A program made the position numbers and the translations under genes. DNA of 64,000 nucleotides from Candidatus Enteromonas sp. Lineage in GTDB: Bacteria; Bacillota_I; Bacilli_A; RFN20; CAG-826. The notes beneath the pieces were generated by a model. That model ran no database searches and was not told where the DNA came from. It saw only the letters and a list, made by a program, of their open reading frames with translations. Below are positions 50,045-59,969 of the stretch, one piece after another; position 1 is the first letter of the stretch; every line of letters begins with the position of its first letter. Where the stretch lies: positions 135,046-199,045 of the forward strand of contig JAXDTZ010000009.1 in assembly GCA_034089705.1 (NCBI GenBank), given 5' to 3'.

Positions 50045-50673
50045 CGAGCATCCTCCTTTCTTAGCACGATGCGGTGGATGGGGTGGTTTTGGGAGCGGAA
50101 ATTCCGTTCGTATTCGCTCATGGCGTCGTGGGCTTCGTCGAAAACGTAATCGCTTTCGTTTTCCACCATCCTCATTCCCCGAAGGCCTGGGATTTGCTCC
50201 AAGGTGAAGGAATAGAGGATGTCGTTGTCCGTTTTGATGCGGAGTTCGCCTCCTTTACTAAGAAGCGAAGCAATCTTGGTAAGGCGCGGCAAATAGGTCA
50301 AACGGCGCTTCTCGTGCCGTTTTTTGGGCCAGGGGTCGGAGAAATTGAGGAAGATGGTTTGGAAGGAAAGGGAAGAGAGGGATTCGAACAAATCGTCGAA
50401 ATCTTCTCCGCAGACGCGGATGTTGGTCTTTCCCGCTTCCACGAATTTCTTCGCGGCCATCCCCAAAACGGAGACGTCGCGTTCCAATCCCAAAAAATGG
50501 GTGGAAGGCTCGAGATCGCTATATTGGAGCAAGAAATCGCCTTTTCCGATTCCGATCTCTAGGGCAAGGGGAGCGCCTTCGAAGAACGGGTCCTTCGGAT
50601 CGATCGAAGCGAAGGCGACTTCTTCGTGGGCAGCAAGGTAAGGCGCCGCCCACTTCTTGAAACGGCCCCTCAC
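50041..50673 (-). CDS. trmB: tRNA (guanine46-N7)-methyltransferase
   Basis: LEIGIGKGDFL SAM motif and FLNFSDPWPKKRHEKRRL. Confidence 0.9.
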   Translation of the reverse strand: MRGRFKKWAAPYLAAHEEVAFASIDPKDPFFEGAPLALEIGIGKGDFLLQYSDLEPSTHFLGLERDVSVLGMAAKKFVEAGKTNIRVCGEDFDDLFESLSSLSFQTIFLNFSDPWPKKRHEKRRLTYLPRLTKIASLLSKGGELRIKTDNDILYSFTLEQIPGLRGMRMVENESDYVFDEAHDAMSEYERNFRSQNHPIHRIVLRKEDAR

Positions 50674-52085
50674 TTGGTTAAGGCCTTTCCTAAGGACGCG
50701 ATCGCGTCGGCGTAAATGGCGATTTGGGCGTAGAAATCCTCAAGGTAGATGTATTCATCGGGGGAATGGATGGCCCCGTCGTGGCCTTTGAAGGCGGAAC
50801 CAAACGCCACCGTGTTCTTGGCTTCTTTCGCATACGTCCCCCCGCCGATCGCCATTGGCTTATCAAAGAGGCGGAAGGTGCTGCGGCGGTAGCTCTTCAT
50901 GAGGGTGGAAACGAGGGTCGACTTCAAATCGTAGTAGAGGGGTTCGACGAAGCCTTCGCTTGTCACCGTGAGTCCAGTGGCCTTTTCTAACGCGGCAAGG
51001 GCTTCCTTGGGCTTCGCGGTCTCCCCATAACGGTAATCCAAGGAAAGGGAGAGGTCCTTTTTCGTCGAATCGTAATGGACGAGGCCGTAATTGTAGGTGC
51101 TCTTGCCCAAAACCGGGGAGACATGGTCCCCTCCAAACCCCGTGCCGAAGGGGTCGCTTAAGGTTTTGGCCAGGGAAATAAGGGAGGCGTTTTGGTAGAA
51201 GGAACCGATGAATTCCATGGCTTTTAGGGCGGCGTTCACCCCTTTTTCCGGGGTGGACCCGTGAGCGGAAATCCCTTTGATCACCACGATCAGGAAATCC
51301 TTCTCCTCGGTGATTTCCCCATTTAGCCCGGAAGAAGCGAAGGCTTCCACGAATTTCTTGTCGCGGGGGAGGGTGAGGATCACCTTGTCGCAGACGGCGT
51401 TGGAAACGACTCCACCATCCATTCCGATGATGGGGGAGCAATCGACTTTGCCCCGGAGGAAAGCCTTCTTGGCCATTCCTTTTTCGGCGAAGATGAGGGG
51501 GAATTCGGCGTCGGGGGTGAATCCGAGGTCGCAATGGGGTTTCTTCAGCGTTTCAAAATAATGATGGAGGCAGGAAGAACCGCGTTCTTCGTCCCCTCCG
51601 ACGACCATGCGGACGCGGAATCCGCGGAGGAGGCCGTTGTCCTTGAGCAATTTCATCGCGTAGAAAGCGGCGATGAGGGGCCCTTTGTCGTCGCTGGCCC
51701 CGCGGGCGATGAGTTTAGCTTCCTTCCCTTCTCCGACAACCTGGGGCTCAAAGGGATTCTTGGTCGTCCAATTTCCCGAGGCGGGGACGACGTCCGCGTG
51801 GGCGTAAATCCCGACGATCGGGCCTTCGCTTCCCGCGGTCAGTTCGGTCGCATACCCTTGGCAGGTATCGACTTTAAACCCATAATCGCGTCCGAGTTTG
51901 GCCACGAAGTCGAGGGCGGTTTTGACCCCTTTCCCAAAGGGAGCCCCCTCCGCGATCGAAGTCGCGTCGTAGACCGATTTTTTGCTAAGCAGGACCTTCA
52001 GCGCGTCTAACGCCTTGGAAAAATATCCTTTCGCGAGTTTCTTGTAATTTGCCATGACAGTCGTCGTTCTCCTAAAAACGGGCAA
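50670..52085 (-). CDS. pepV: M20-family dipeptidase (PepV/Sapep-like)
   Basis: HADVVPA and GASDDKGP motifs. 471 aa. Confidence 0.85.
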   Translation of the reverse strand: MPVFRRTTTVMANYKKLAKGYFSKALDALKVLLSKKSVYDATSIAEGAPFGKGVKTALDFVAKLGRDYGFKVDTCQGYATELTAGSEGPIVGIYAHADVVPASGNWTTKNPFEPQVVGEGKEAKLIARGASDDKGPLIAAFYAMKLLKDNGLLRGFRVRMVVGGDEERGSSCLHHYFETLKKPHCDLGFTPDAEFPLIFAEKGMAKKAFLRGKVDCSPIIGMDGGVVSNAVCDKVILTLPRDKKFVEAFASSGLNGEITEEKDFLIVVIKGISAHGSTPEKGVNAALKAMEFIGSFYQNASLISLAKTLSDPFGTGFGGDHVSPVLGKSTYNYGLVHYDSTKKDLSLSLDYRYGETAKPKEALAALEKATGLTVTSEGFVEPLYYDLKSTLVSTLMKSYRRSTFRLFDKPMAIGGGTYAKEAKNTVAFGSAFKGHDGAIHSPDEYIYLEDFYAQIAIYADAIASLGKALTK

Positions 52086-52198
52086 TCCCCGTATTTCGCC
52101 CTAGAAGTATAAGACACTTTTCCCTTAAGGGAAAGAGCGGGGAAGGGGAATCCCGGTAAGAAAAAAGGCCTAACGAACGTTAAGCCATTTCCGTTTCG

Positions 52199-52272
52199 TG
52201 GTGCCCTCACCCTTAGTCGAAAAGAGGTCTGATCCTTACCATGGATCTGTTCTACCGCTGAACTATGAGGGC
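52199..52272 (-). tRNA. tRNA-Thr (anticodon GGU), CCA encoded
   Basis: Manual fold of GCCCTCA-TA-GTTC-AGCGGTA-GAAC-A-GATCC-ATGGTAA-GGATC-AGAC-CTCTT-TTCGACT-AAGGG-TGAGGGC-A-CCA. There is a 7-bp acceptor stem, U33 and A37 are present, and the T-loop reads TTCGACT. Confidence 0.8.
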
Positions 52273-52308
52273 AGCGTGGCTTCCGGGTCTTTTCCGGTCG
52301 CAAGAAGG

Positions 52309-52337
52309 ATTATAGTAAGAGGAAGGGATGGACGCAA
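52309..52337 (-). promoter_or_regulatory. Promoter TTGCGT-17-TATAAT for tRNA-Thr (minus strand)
   Basis: Consensus spacing; it predicts a leader of about 30 nt. Confidence 0.5.
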
Positions 52338-52405
52338 CCACTTTTTTCATTTTCTGGCGCATTGGGGAAGGGCATCCCGTTCTTGTTGCTAGCGAAAAGG
52401 AAAAA

Positions 52406-53701
52406 TTATTCTTCCTCGAGTTCGGCAAAGAGGTCGTAAACGAGGCTGTCGGTGATGCGGCAAGAAACGATTTCCCCCATTTCAAGGGGACGGGGGGAGG
52501 AGAGGTAAATGGCCCCGTCGATGTCGTCGGGGGCGTTCCAGGCGCACCGGAAGAGGTATTTGCCGCTTCGGGGATCCTTGCCTACGACGAGCCCGGTATA
52601 GCGCTTGCCGACCTGGAGTTTGGCCTTGCGGAAAGAGATCTTGCGTTGGAGTTTCATGATCTCTTCTTGCCGGGCCTTCGCGACCGCTTCTTCTACTTGA
52701 TTAGGATAATCGTAGGAGGCCGTTCCTTCTTCTCGGGAATAGACGAAGCAGCCGAGGTGGTCAAATCCCACGCGTTCCATGAAAGCAAGGGATTGTTGGT
52801 GATCTTCCTCGGTTTCTCCGGGGAAGCCGGAGATGAGGGTGGTCCGCAAGATGGCGTCGGGGCATTTTTGACGGATTCGGTCGAAAAGGAGAACCGTCTC
52901 TTCCGCGTCCGCGTGCCGGCGCATGAGTTTCAAGAGGTGGTCGCTCGCGCATTGGACGGGGACGTCGAAATAATGGGCGATGACCTTGCTCGAAGCGATG
53001 CAATCGATGAGTTCGTCGGAGATTTCGCTGGGATAGAGGTAGAGCAAGCGGATCGAAAAGAAGCCCACTTTTTCTAAGGCGCGGAGCAAATCGACGATGT
53101 TCGGGGATTGATGAGGGAAATCCCTCCCATAGGCGGTCGTGTCTTGGGAAATCACCGAAATCTCGCGGACCCCCTTGGAGAACAAATCCTTCGCTTCTTT
53201 GAGGATCTCTTCCATGGGACGGGAAACGAAACGCCCCCGAATCAAGGGGATCGCGCAGAAGGAACAAAAATTGTTGCACCCTTCCGAAATCCGCAAAAAC
53301 GCGGAATAGGGTTCGGTGCTTACGACGCGGCGAAGGGGCGAGATGGGCAAAATCGAAGAAGAGGAAAGCAAGGAAGAAAACACCTCGTGGAGTTTGCCAT
53401 AATCGCGGATCGGGACGATCGCGTCGGCTTCGGGGATTTCTTTTCGCAGCTCTTCGGCGTAGCGTTCCGCCAAGCAACCGGTGACCACGAGTTTTTTGCC
53501 GTATTGCGCCATTTCCAAAATCGCGTCGATCGATTCCTTTTTGGCGCTTTCGATGAACCCGCAGGTGTTGACGATGAGGAGATCGGCTTCGGAAGGGGAG
53601 GAGGTGAGGGTGACTTCATCGCGAGGAAACATCGCGAGAATCATCTCGCTGTCCACGCGGTTTTTGGCGCATCCGAGGCTGATGCATCCGACGCGAATCA
53701 C
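52406..53701 (-). CDS. rimO: Ribosomal protein S12 methylthiotransferase RimO (radical SAM, TRAM)
   Basis: MIRVGCISLGCAKNRVDSE..., a CxxxCxxC radical-SAM cluster (CSFCAIP) and a C-terminal TRAM domain. Confidence 0.8.
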   Translation of the reverse strand: MIRVGCISLGCAKNRVDSEMILAMFPRDEVTLTSSPSEADLLIVNTCGFIESAKKESIDAILEMAQYGKKLVVTGCLAERYAEELRKEIPEADAIVPIRDYGKLHEVFSSLLSSSSILPISPLRRVVSTEPYSAFLRISEGCNNFCSFCAIPLIRGRFVSRPMEEILKEAKDLFSKGVREISVISQDTTAYGRDFPHQSPNIVDLLRALEKVGFFSIRLLYLYPSEISDELIDCIASSKVIAHYFDVPVQCASDHLLKLMRRHADAEETVLLFDRIRQKCPDAILRTTLISGFPGETEEDHQQSLAFMERVGFDHLGCFVYSREEGTASYDYPNQVEEAVAKARQEEIMKLQRKISFRKAKLQVGKRYTGLVVGKDPRSGKYLFRCAWNAPDDIDGAIYLSSPRPLEMGEIVSCRITDSLVYDLFAELEEE

Positions 53702-55176
53702 GCTTCCCTCCCACTAGAGGAAATCAGGGGAGAAACGGAAGCGAGTCCCGAAACGATTTCTTCCATCGAGGTGGCGCGGTAGGTCCAGTTGACCGAATTG
53801 ACGGTGCTTGGGACGTTGGTTCTGGCTTCTTCCCCGAGCCCAAGCACGTCTTGGAGGGAGAGAATCGCCCATTTGGCCGGGAGGTGGAGGCAATAGGAAG
53901 AGAAGCGGGAAACGATGTCCCCTTCACCAAAGCCAAGGTGAGCCAGGGCGGCCTCCCAGCGGCCTGCCTGTTCGGAGGGAAGGTGCTCAAAATAGGAGCG
54001 CATCGTGTCGTTGTCGTGGGTGCCGAGGTAAGCGACCATGTTTTCATCGTGCCAACTTCCCTTATGGGCGATTTCGGCGTCTTCGAAGGTGAATTCGACG
54101 ACGTTCATGCCGGGGAAGCCATAATGGTCGCGGAGCAACAAGACTTCGGGGCGGAGGTCGCCGAGGTCTTCGGCGATGATCTTTTCGCGGAGCTCAGGGT
54201 CTTTTTGGAAGAGGGAATCGAAGAACGCCCGTCCCGGGGGTTCGATCCATTGCCCTTCGATCGCGGTGGGGCAAGAAGAAGGGATCTTCCAGAAGGTGTC
54301 GAAGGCGCGGAAATGGTCGAGGCGGATGACGTCGTAGATCTTCGAGGCGCGGAGGATGCGTTCCTGGAGGAAGGCGAAATCCGTTTTCTCGAGGTATTCC
54401 CAGTCATAAATGGGGTTGCCCCAGCGCTGGCCGGTCGTCGAGAAATAATCGGGCGGTACCCCGGCGATGAAATCGGGTTCCAAGGTGACCGCGTTGATCA
54501 AGAAGGCGTCGAGGTGTTCCCAAACGTCGCAGCTGTCGAACCCAACGTAAAAGGGGATGTCCCCGATGATGGCGATTCCGTGTTTTTTGGCGTAGGAATG
54601 GAGGTCATCCCATTGTTCGTAGGCTTTCATTTGGAGCCATTTTTCGAAGCGGAAGTCGGCGAGGTCCTTGCCATAGAAGCGCTTTTTGGTTTGGATCCAG
54701 TTCTTGGCTTCTTCGGGCCAAAGGTTCCACGACATCGGGTAGCGCCGGTGGAACATGGCAAACGCCGCATAGGCTTTCACCCAAGGCTCCTTGGCTTCAA
54801 AGGCGCGGATCTTCTTGGTCGCGTCCTTGTCCGCTTCAAAGGCTTTTCTTAGCAACGGGAGTTTAAAAGCGCGGGCGGCTTCGTAATCCACGTGGGGGGT
54901 CAGGGGCAAGGGGGGCACTTCTTCGAGCAAGCCATCTTCCTGTAAGAGTTCCAGGGAAATGAATTGCTCGTCAATCGCGTAGGAACTGTAGGGTTGATAT
55001 GGGGAATGGCCGTAGCCGATCGGGTTCAGGGGCAGGATTTGCCAAAGGGAGAATCCGCTTTTGGCCAAGGCGTCGACGAGTTCGTAACCGCAGGGACCGA
55101 AATCCCCGATTCCGTGCTTAGAAGGAAGGGAGGTCACCGAGCAAAGCAGCCCGGCAAGACGTTTATGTTCATTCAT
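53698..55176 (-). CDS. malQ: 4-alpha-glucanotransferase (amylomaltase, GH77)
   Basis: DHFRAF and GTHDNDT motifs. 492 aa. Confidence 0.9.
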   Translation of the reverse strand: MNEHKRLAGLLCSVTSLPSKHGIGDFGPCGYELVDALAKSGFSLWQILPLNPIGYGHSPYQPYSSYAIDEQFISLELLQEDGLLEEVPPLPLTPHVDYEAARAFKLPLLRKAFEADKDATKKIRAFEAKEPWVKAYAAFAMFHRRYPMSWNLWPEEAKNWIQTKKRFYGKDLADFRFEKWLQMKAYEQWDDLHSYAKKHGIAIIGDIPFYVGFDSCDVWEHLDAFLINAVTLEPDFIAGVPPDYFSTTGQRWGNPIYDWEYLEKTDFAFLQERILRASKIYDVIRLDHFRAFDTFWKIPSSCPTAIEGQWIEPPGRAFFDSLFQKDPELREKIIAEDLGDLRPEVLLLRDHYGFPGMNVVEFTFEDAEIAHKGSWHDENMVAYLGTHDNDTMRSYFEHLPSEQAGRWEAALAHLGFGEGDIVSRFSSYCLHLPAKWAILSLQDVLGLGEEARTNVPSTVNSVNWTYRATSMEEIVSGLASVSPLISSSGREA

Positions 55177-55256
55177 GGTTCATTACACCTCTCGGGATAA
55201 AGTTTAGTGATTCTGATGGGCTCGCGCAAGGGCGGAGGCCTTCTTTAGAAGGTGGC

Positions 55257-56144
55257 TCACCGTCGAGCGATTTTTTCTTTGAGGACGAGGCAATCGATTT
55301 TCATGTGGCGCGATTCATAAGGGAAACTCAATATGGGGCCTAGGACCAACGTGGCGAAGCCCACCGGGATTAGTTGCCAAATCGAGGGGGTGAAATGGAT
55401 TTCTCCTTCCACGTAATAAGTGCAAAGGAAGGGAGGCAAAATCGGATAGAGCCAATCTTCGAACAAGGGATCAAAGGACGGAGAAGGCCCGAAGGTGAAA
55501 GACTGGTTGGTGAAAATGCTCCGATCGCTGAGCTCGGCCCAAGTGGCGGGCCATCCCGGGTAATGGAGGACCAAACCGAGGAAAACCGCGTTGAAGAGCA
55601 CGACCAAATTGACGGCCACGAAGCAAAACGGCACGGCCCATAACCGATGGTAATCGAGTTTATGGAACCCGCTGTCGACGGTCAAATACCCCCCGATCAC
55701 CAATGGGGCGTGGCAGAGGTAAAACCGCATGACTTCCAAGAAGTTCGCGGGGTTCGATAAATCCGCCCCGATGGCCGCGGTCGGGGTGAGGTAGACGAGC
55801 ACCCCCGAAACGATGCCGATGTAATAAAGGTAATCCTTCCAATAGGCGTTGCCATACAGGTAGATGAAGGGGCTCGCCACGATCAAGATGGCGCAGAAAT
55901 TCTCCAAGGAGGAACGCGTGAAGAAAAAGGGAAACGACTTCATCGAGAAGGGGTTCAGCAATTTGAGGAAATGGAGGGCGAAATTCCCCCAAAAGAGGGC
56001 CAATAAGAAGCGATGGGTCCATTCCATTCCATAGTGCCGGCTTAAGCTGCGGGCGAGGAAAAAGAGGGTTCCTAGCAAAAAGAGGAACAGAAAATACCCG
56101 AAATTCCCAACTTGGATGGCGTAAAGGGAAGGGAGGATCAGCAA
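55257..56144 (-). CDS. Polytopic integral membrane protein (unknown; possibly a sugar-related permease component), probable TTG start 4 nt after the galK stop
   Basis: 7-8 TM helices. The track ORF extends 74 nt into galK; an in-frame TTG at 56142-56144 removes the overlap. Confidence 0.5.
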   Translation of the reverse strand: MLILPSLYAIQVGNFGYFLFLFLLGTLFFLARSLSRHYGMEWTHRFLLALFWGNFALHFLKLLNPFSMKSFPFFFTRSSLENFCAILIVASPFIYLYGNAYWKDYLYYIGIVSGVLVYLTPTAAIGADLSNPANFLEVMRFYLCHAPLVIGGYLTVDSGFHKLDYHRLWAVPFCFVAVNLVVLFNAVFLGLVLHYPGWPATWAELSDRSIFTNQSFTFGPSPSFDPLFEDWLYPILPPFLCTYYVEGEIHFTPSIWQLIPVGFATLVLGPILSFPYESRHMKIDCLVLKEKIARR

Positions 56145-56148
56145 GGCG

Positions 56149-57324
56149 TCATTCCCCGACGAGGCGAGGACCCCCTTCGAAAATGGTGACGGGGATGACG
56201 TTGTTTTCCCCGTATCGGGCAATCAGGGTTTGGCGGAGCAAAGGGGTTTCTTCCGCGGGGGAGAAGGCGATAATCGACCCGGCGAATCCCCCTCCCATAA
56301 GGCGGGCCCTGCCATAGCGGAGGACGCTCATGGCGATGTCCACCGCTTCTTTGGGGGAATCCTCGTAATGCCCTGGGATCATGGCGTTGCCAAGGAGGGA
56401 AGCGGAAGAGTTGTGGCTGCGTTCAATCGCGTCCAAGAACATGCCGGGGTTATGGGTTTTGATCGCTTCGTAAGCGTTCATGACCCGGCTGTTCTCGTCA
56501 AAGAAATGCTGGGCGCGGAGTTTGGCCCGCTCGCTCACCCCGACGCAGGGGCGGACGATGCCTTGGGCGAATTCGCTTTCATCGACGTCCCCGAGGACTT
56601 CTTGATGGAAGAGGTTCCTCGCGACCGATTTCATGTCGCTGGGGATTTCCCCATACAGGGAATCGAGTCCCGCGTGGGAGGAAGGGGTGATGGCCAAGGT
56701 GATGTCCAAGGGCAAATCGAAGGGGCAGGTCTCGATGTAGATGTTCTTGGGATCGTGGAAATCGAGGAAGCAAGTGCCCCCGAAGCTCGTCCCGATTTGG
56801 TCGAGCAAGCCGCAGGGCTTCCCAAAGTATTCGTTTTCCGCGTATTGGCCGATTTTGGCCATCGCGAGGGGCGGGACGATGTTGTTGTTGTACAAGGCGT
56901 CGACGATTTTGACGATCAGGGATTCGTAGCAGGCGCTCGAAGACACCCCGCTTCCCGCGGGGATGTCGCTCGTGAGAGAGGCTTGGAAGCCCCCAATCTT
57001 ATATCCGAGTTTCCGCATTCCCTCCAGCACCCCTTTGGTTAAGCCAAGGGAGGTGGAGCGTTCCCCTTCTTTCAAAGAGAGGTTCAGCACCGAAAAGCGG
57101 AAAGGGCGGTAGCCCTCCGAATGGATGGCGACGATGCCGTCGTCCCGCGGGCTCACCGCGGCGGTGATGCCGAGGTCCACGCCCGAAACGAGGCAAAGCC
57201 CGTGGTTGTGGTCGGTGTGGTTGCCCACAATCTCCATCCGTCCATGGGAATAGACGAGGATGGGGCTTTTGGCGTTTTGGAACGAGGAAAGGTAGAGGGA
57301 AAGGGCTTCCTGGCGTCGGATCAT
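56149..57324 (-). CDS. galK: Galactokinase
   Basis: GRMEIVGNHTDHNHG and the GHMP motif PAGSGVSSSA. Confidence 0.9.
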   Translation of the reverse strand: MIRRQEALSLYLSSFQNAKSPILVYSHGRMEIVGNHTDHNHGLCLVSGVDLGITAAVSPRDDGIVAIHSEGYRPFRFSVLNLSLKEGERSTSLGLTKGVLEGMRKLGYKIGGFQASLTSDIPAGSGVSSSACYESLIVKIVDALYNNNIVPPLAMAKIGQYAENEYFGKPCGLLDQIGTSFGGTCFLDFHDPKNIYIETCPFDLPLDITLAITPSSHAGLDSLYGEIPSDMKSVARNLFHQEVLGDVDESEFAQGIVRPCVGVSERAKLRAQHFFDENSRVMNAYEAIKTHNPGMFLDAIERSHNSSASLLGNAMIPGHYEDSPKEAVDIAMSVLRYGRARLMGGGFAGSIIAFSPAEETPLLRQTLIARYGENNVIPVTIFEGGPRLVGE

Positions 57325-58313
57325 AGGACTTCCTCCAAAGTGAACATGGTTTTGGTGATAAAGGGATGGGTCGGGGAGAACAGGAAATCGGTCGCGAGTT
57401 CGGTCGAATCCAGGACCGGTTCGCTCGTGAGGGCGATGCGCTTTTTGGGGGAGACGGGGAAGGAGAATTCGTATCCCGGTTTGGGGAAATTGAAACTGTA
57501 GATTTGGAACGCTTTGGCATCCGTCCCGATGGAAAGGCGGTATTTCGGGGTGGAAAGGACGTAGGTCGGCACCTCATATTCCCGTTTATTGACGTAGAAC
57601 CCGTGGTCGATGCCTCCTAGCGTTGGGGATTCTTTTTCGATGATCTCCGCGGCAGGGCCGATTTTCTGCGGGGCGCAGAAATCCAAAGGACCCGAAACGA
57701 GAACTCGCTTCAAGGGCAAGAGGCGCGGAGAATAGGAAACGACCTCGCTCGCATCGAGCCAAAGCAAATCGTCTTCGAGGCTATCTTCCGCCAAATTCCA
57801 ATAGACGTGGTTGGTCAAATGGATCGGGGCTTCTTTCGAGGGGGCGCCGTAAATCTCCATGGTGAAGGAGGCTTTGTCCTCGAAAAGGAAGTATTCGACG
57901 CGGACCTCCACCGAAGCGGGGTATCCTTTCTTCGGGGGAATGGTGGCACGAAAAACCACGCGCGCCCCATCCTTGGTTTCCTCCACGAAATAGGGGAATT
58001 CGTCGAAGGCGTAATCGAGGGTTTCGGAGTGGAGGGTGATGCCGTTTTCTCCCACGGGGAAGCGGAATTCGTCTTTCCCGGGGAAGCGCCCTTCGTCTAA
58101 CCTTCCCGCGACCGGGCCGATGAGTTTGCCAAAGAAAAACACGTCGTCATGAAGGTAGGCCTCGTCGCTTTTGGGGGACAAGGTCATGGGGACGTCGTGA
58201 AAGAGGACTTCCCGGATTCCGGCTCCAAAAGAAGACAGCTCTAACGAAATTCCGGCGCTATTTTTCAATAAGATGAAGTCATGTCCTTGTATGGTTCGAG
58301 TGGATATTTCCAT
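57321..58313 (-). CDS. galM: Aldose 1-epimerase (galactose mutarotase)
   Basis: Mutarotase fold motifs (HGG-like, FNFPKPGYEF). It overlaps galK by 4 nt. Confidence 0.8.
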   Translation of the reverse strand: MEISTRTIQGHDFILLKNSAGISLELSSFGAGIREVLFHDVPMTLSPKSDEAYLHDDVFFFGKLIGPVAGRLDEGRFPGKDEFRFPVGENGITLHSETLDYAFDEFPYFVEETKDGARVVFRATIPPKKGYPASVEVRVEYFLFEDKASFTMEIYGAPSKEAPIHLTNHVYWNLAEDSLEDDLLWLDASEVVSYSPRLLPLKRVLVSGPLDFCAPQKIGPAAEIIEKESPTLGGIDHGFYVNKREYEVPTYVLSTPKYRLSIGTDAKAFQIYSFNFPKPGYEFSFPVSPKKRIALTSEPVLDSTELATDFLFSPTHPFITKTMFTLEEVL

Positions 58314-58325
58314 AAATCTCCCTGT

Positions 58326-58949
58326 TTATTTGACGAAAGAACGGTCGATTTCCATCCGTTCCTTCCATTCGTTGATATCGAGTTCGTATAGGTTCGCGTA
58401 GTAGCGGAGCGCCTTGCGGAGATCTTCTACCGGCGCGGAATGGGAAACCATCTCCTCGAATAAGGCCATTTCGCTATGAGGGAATGTTCCCTTGCTTTGG
58501 AAATACCGCAGGCAAGAAACCAGGATGTTGGCTTGCTTCGAGGAGTTGGGGTCGTATCCTTCTTTGACATAGCCAAGATAAAAGAACGACAAGGCGAAGA
58601 AGCGTTCCAAGATGCGCTTGGACCGGGGTTCCACGTAAACGGCATTCAGGTCATCGGGGGTCAGGAATTTGACTTCGTGGAGTTTGGGGAGCAAGAGGGC
58701 GCTTTCTTCGTTAACGAGATACACCCGACTCACCCCTCCCCGAACGGGGAAGTTCCCTTCGTCGTGGATCAATCGGAGTTTGGCTTTGCATTCGGAGAGA
58801 ATCGTTTCTTGGAGGGAAGAAAAGCCGTCCCCATGCCCGAAAAGCAAATGGAATCCCGTCTCGGGATACCCGTCCGCCCCGCGTTTTCGCAACGTCAAAA
58901 CGGCGCCTTGGGAATAAATGATGCCACAGCTCGGACCGAATTGTTTCAT
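58326..58949 (-). CDS. Hypothetical protein, first gene of the gal cluster
   Basis: 207 aa with no recognisable motif. Confidence 0.4.
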   Translation of the reverse strand: MKQFGPSCGIIYSQGAVLTLRKRGADGYPETGFHLLFGHGDGFSSLQETILSECKAKLRLIHDEGNFPVRGGVSRVYLVNEESALLLPKLHEVKFLTPDDLNAVYVEPRSKRILERFFALSFFYLGYVKEGYDPNSSKQANILVSCLRYFQSKGTFPHSEMALFEEMVSHSAPVEDLRKALRYYANLYELDINEWKERMEIDRSFVK

Positions 58950-59012
58950 AATCCCTTTTATTCTACTTCATCTTTCTAGGAAAGATAAGGGAGAGGGCAA
59001 GGAAAAACGCGC

Positions 59013-59969
59013 TCAAATCGAAACGGGATGGGAAAGGAAGCAGATGTCGCAGTACTTCTTCTTTTCCCCGTACACTTCCCCGTCGTGGTCGCGGTTTCCT
59101 TCGAGTTCTTCTAGTAGCAGCCCCACGTCCTCCCCTTTTTTGGCCCGGCTTACGATATCGCGGACCAGACAAGCGTCCTTTAAAGCCTTTTGGAGCAAGT
59201 CGGGGATCGATTCATGATGGACTTCCCCCGTGCAAGGGTCTTTCCATTCTTGGCGGGACGCATTCTCAACGTCTAACGGGGCGAAGCGTTTCAAGGAGGC
59301 GGGGTAAGAAAGGGAATAGGCTTTGGAGGTTTTCCCGAGCACCCATCGGAAGAGTTTCCGCTTGAACCCGGTTCTGCTATACAAAAGGCGCAATACCGAG
59401 GCGAATTCGCGGTACGACTCGGAAAAGGCGGTAGGTTTTAGGGGCACCGTCGCGCAGGCGGACCACATTTGGGAAAGGGACAAGAGGTCTTCCTCGGATA
59501 AACGAGGCAAGGCTTTCGCGGGAGGGATAAACCGGTGGGTTCGTTTCGCGTAGGTCTTGTCCAAAATGGATTCGAAAGCCCCATGGTAAAAGACGTAGAT
59601 CCCCCCGTATTTGCCGTTTTCGTCGAATCCCGAACGGTAGAAGACGTAAGGATGGACGAGGCGGTCCAGGGTGAAATGGAGGAGCAGCCCTTCGATGTAG
59701 GCGAACAAAATCTCGGCTTCTCTCCCCGATTTTTCATAGGCGTAACGGAGCATCGGGCCGTAAACTTCTTTCAAATGGGTCCGGTGCATTTGGCTGCCCC
59801 AGGGATTGATTTGGGAGGCGTCGTCCTTCTTCCCCAAGAAGGGGTTCGTGCCATAGGCCATGAAAGGGTCGGGCCCCTGGGCGCCGGCGAAAACGAACTC
59901 GGGGTAGTCGCTAGGAAAATCTTTTAGCGCGTCCTCGGTGAAGAGGCGATGGAGCAACGCGGCGGGCAT
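59013..59969 (-). CDS. Hypothetical protein (319 aa); the N-terminal 177 codons of the track ORF are a spurious read-through
   Basis: True start MPAALLHRLFTEDALKDFPSDYPEF... Its ATG overlaps the MFS gene stop as TGATG. The upstream 177 codons are Arg/His-rich antisense-like and overlap the MFS gene. Confidence 0.55.
   Translation of the reverse strand: MPAALLHRLFTEDALKDFPSDYPEFVFAGAQGPDPFMAYGTNPFLGKKDDASQINPWGSQMHRTHLKEVYGPMLRYAYEKSGREAEILFAYIEGLLLHFTLDRLVHPYVFYRSGFDENGKYGGIYVFYHGAFESILDKTYAKRTHRFIPPAKALPRLSEEDLLSLSQMWSACATVPLKPTAFSESYREFASVLRLLYSRTGFKRKLFRWVLGKTSKAYSLSYPASLKRFAPLDVENASRQEWKDPCTGEVHHESIPDLLQKALKDACLVRDIVSRAKKGEDVGLLLEELEGNRDHDGEVYGEKKKYCDICFLSHPVSI

Noticed and set aside
52100-52198. 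Possible small RNA between pepV and tRNA-Thr
   Set aside because: No conserved ncRNA hallmark (SRP, RNase P, tmRNA, 6S) could be recognised by eye. It is likely just the pepV promoter region.
53851-54852. 333-aa + ORF inside malQ
   Set aside because: Antisense of the 4-alpha-glucanotransferase.
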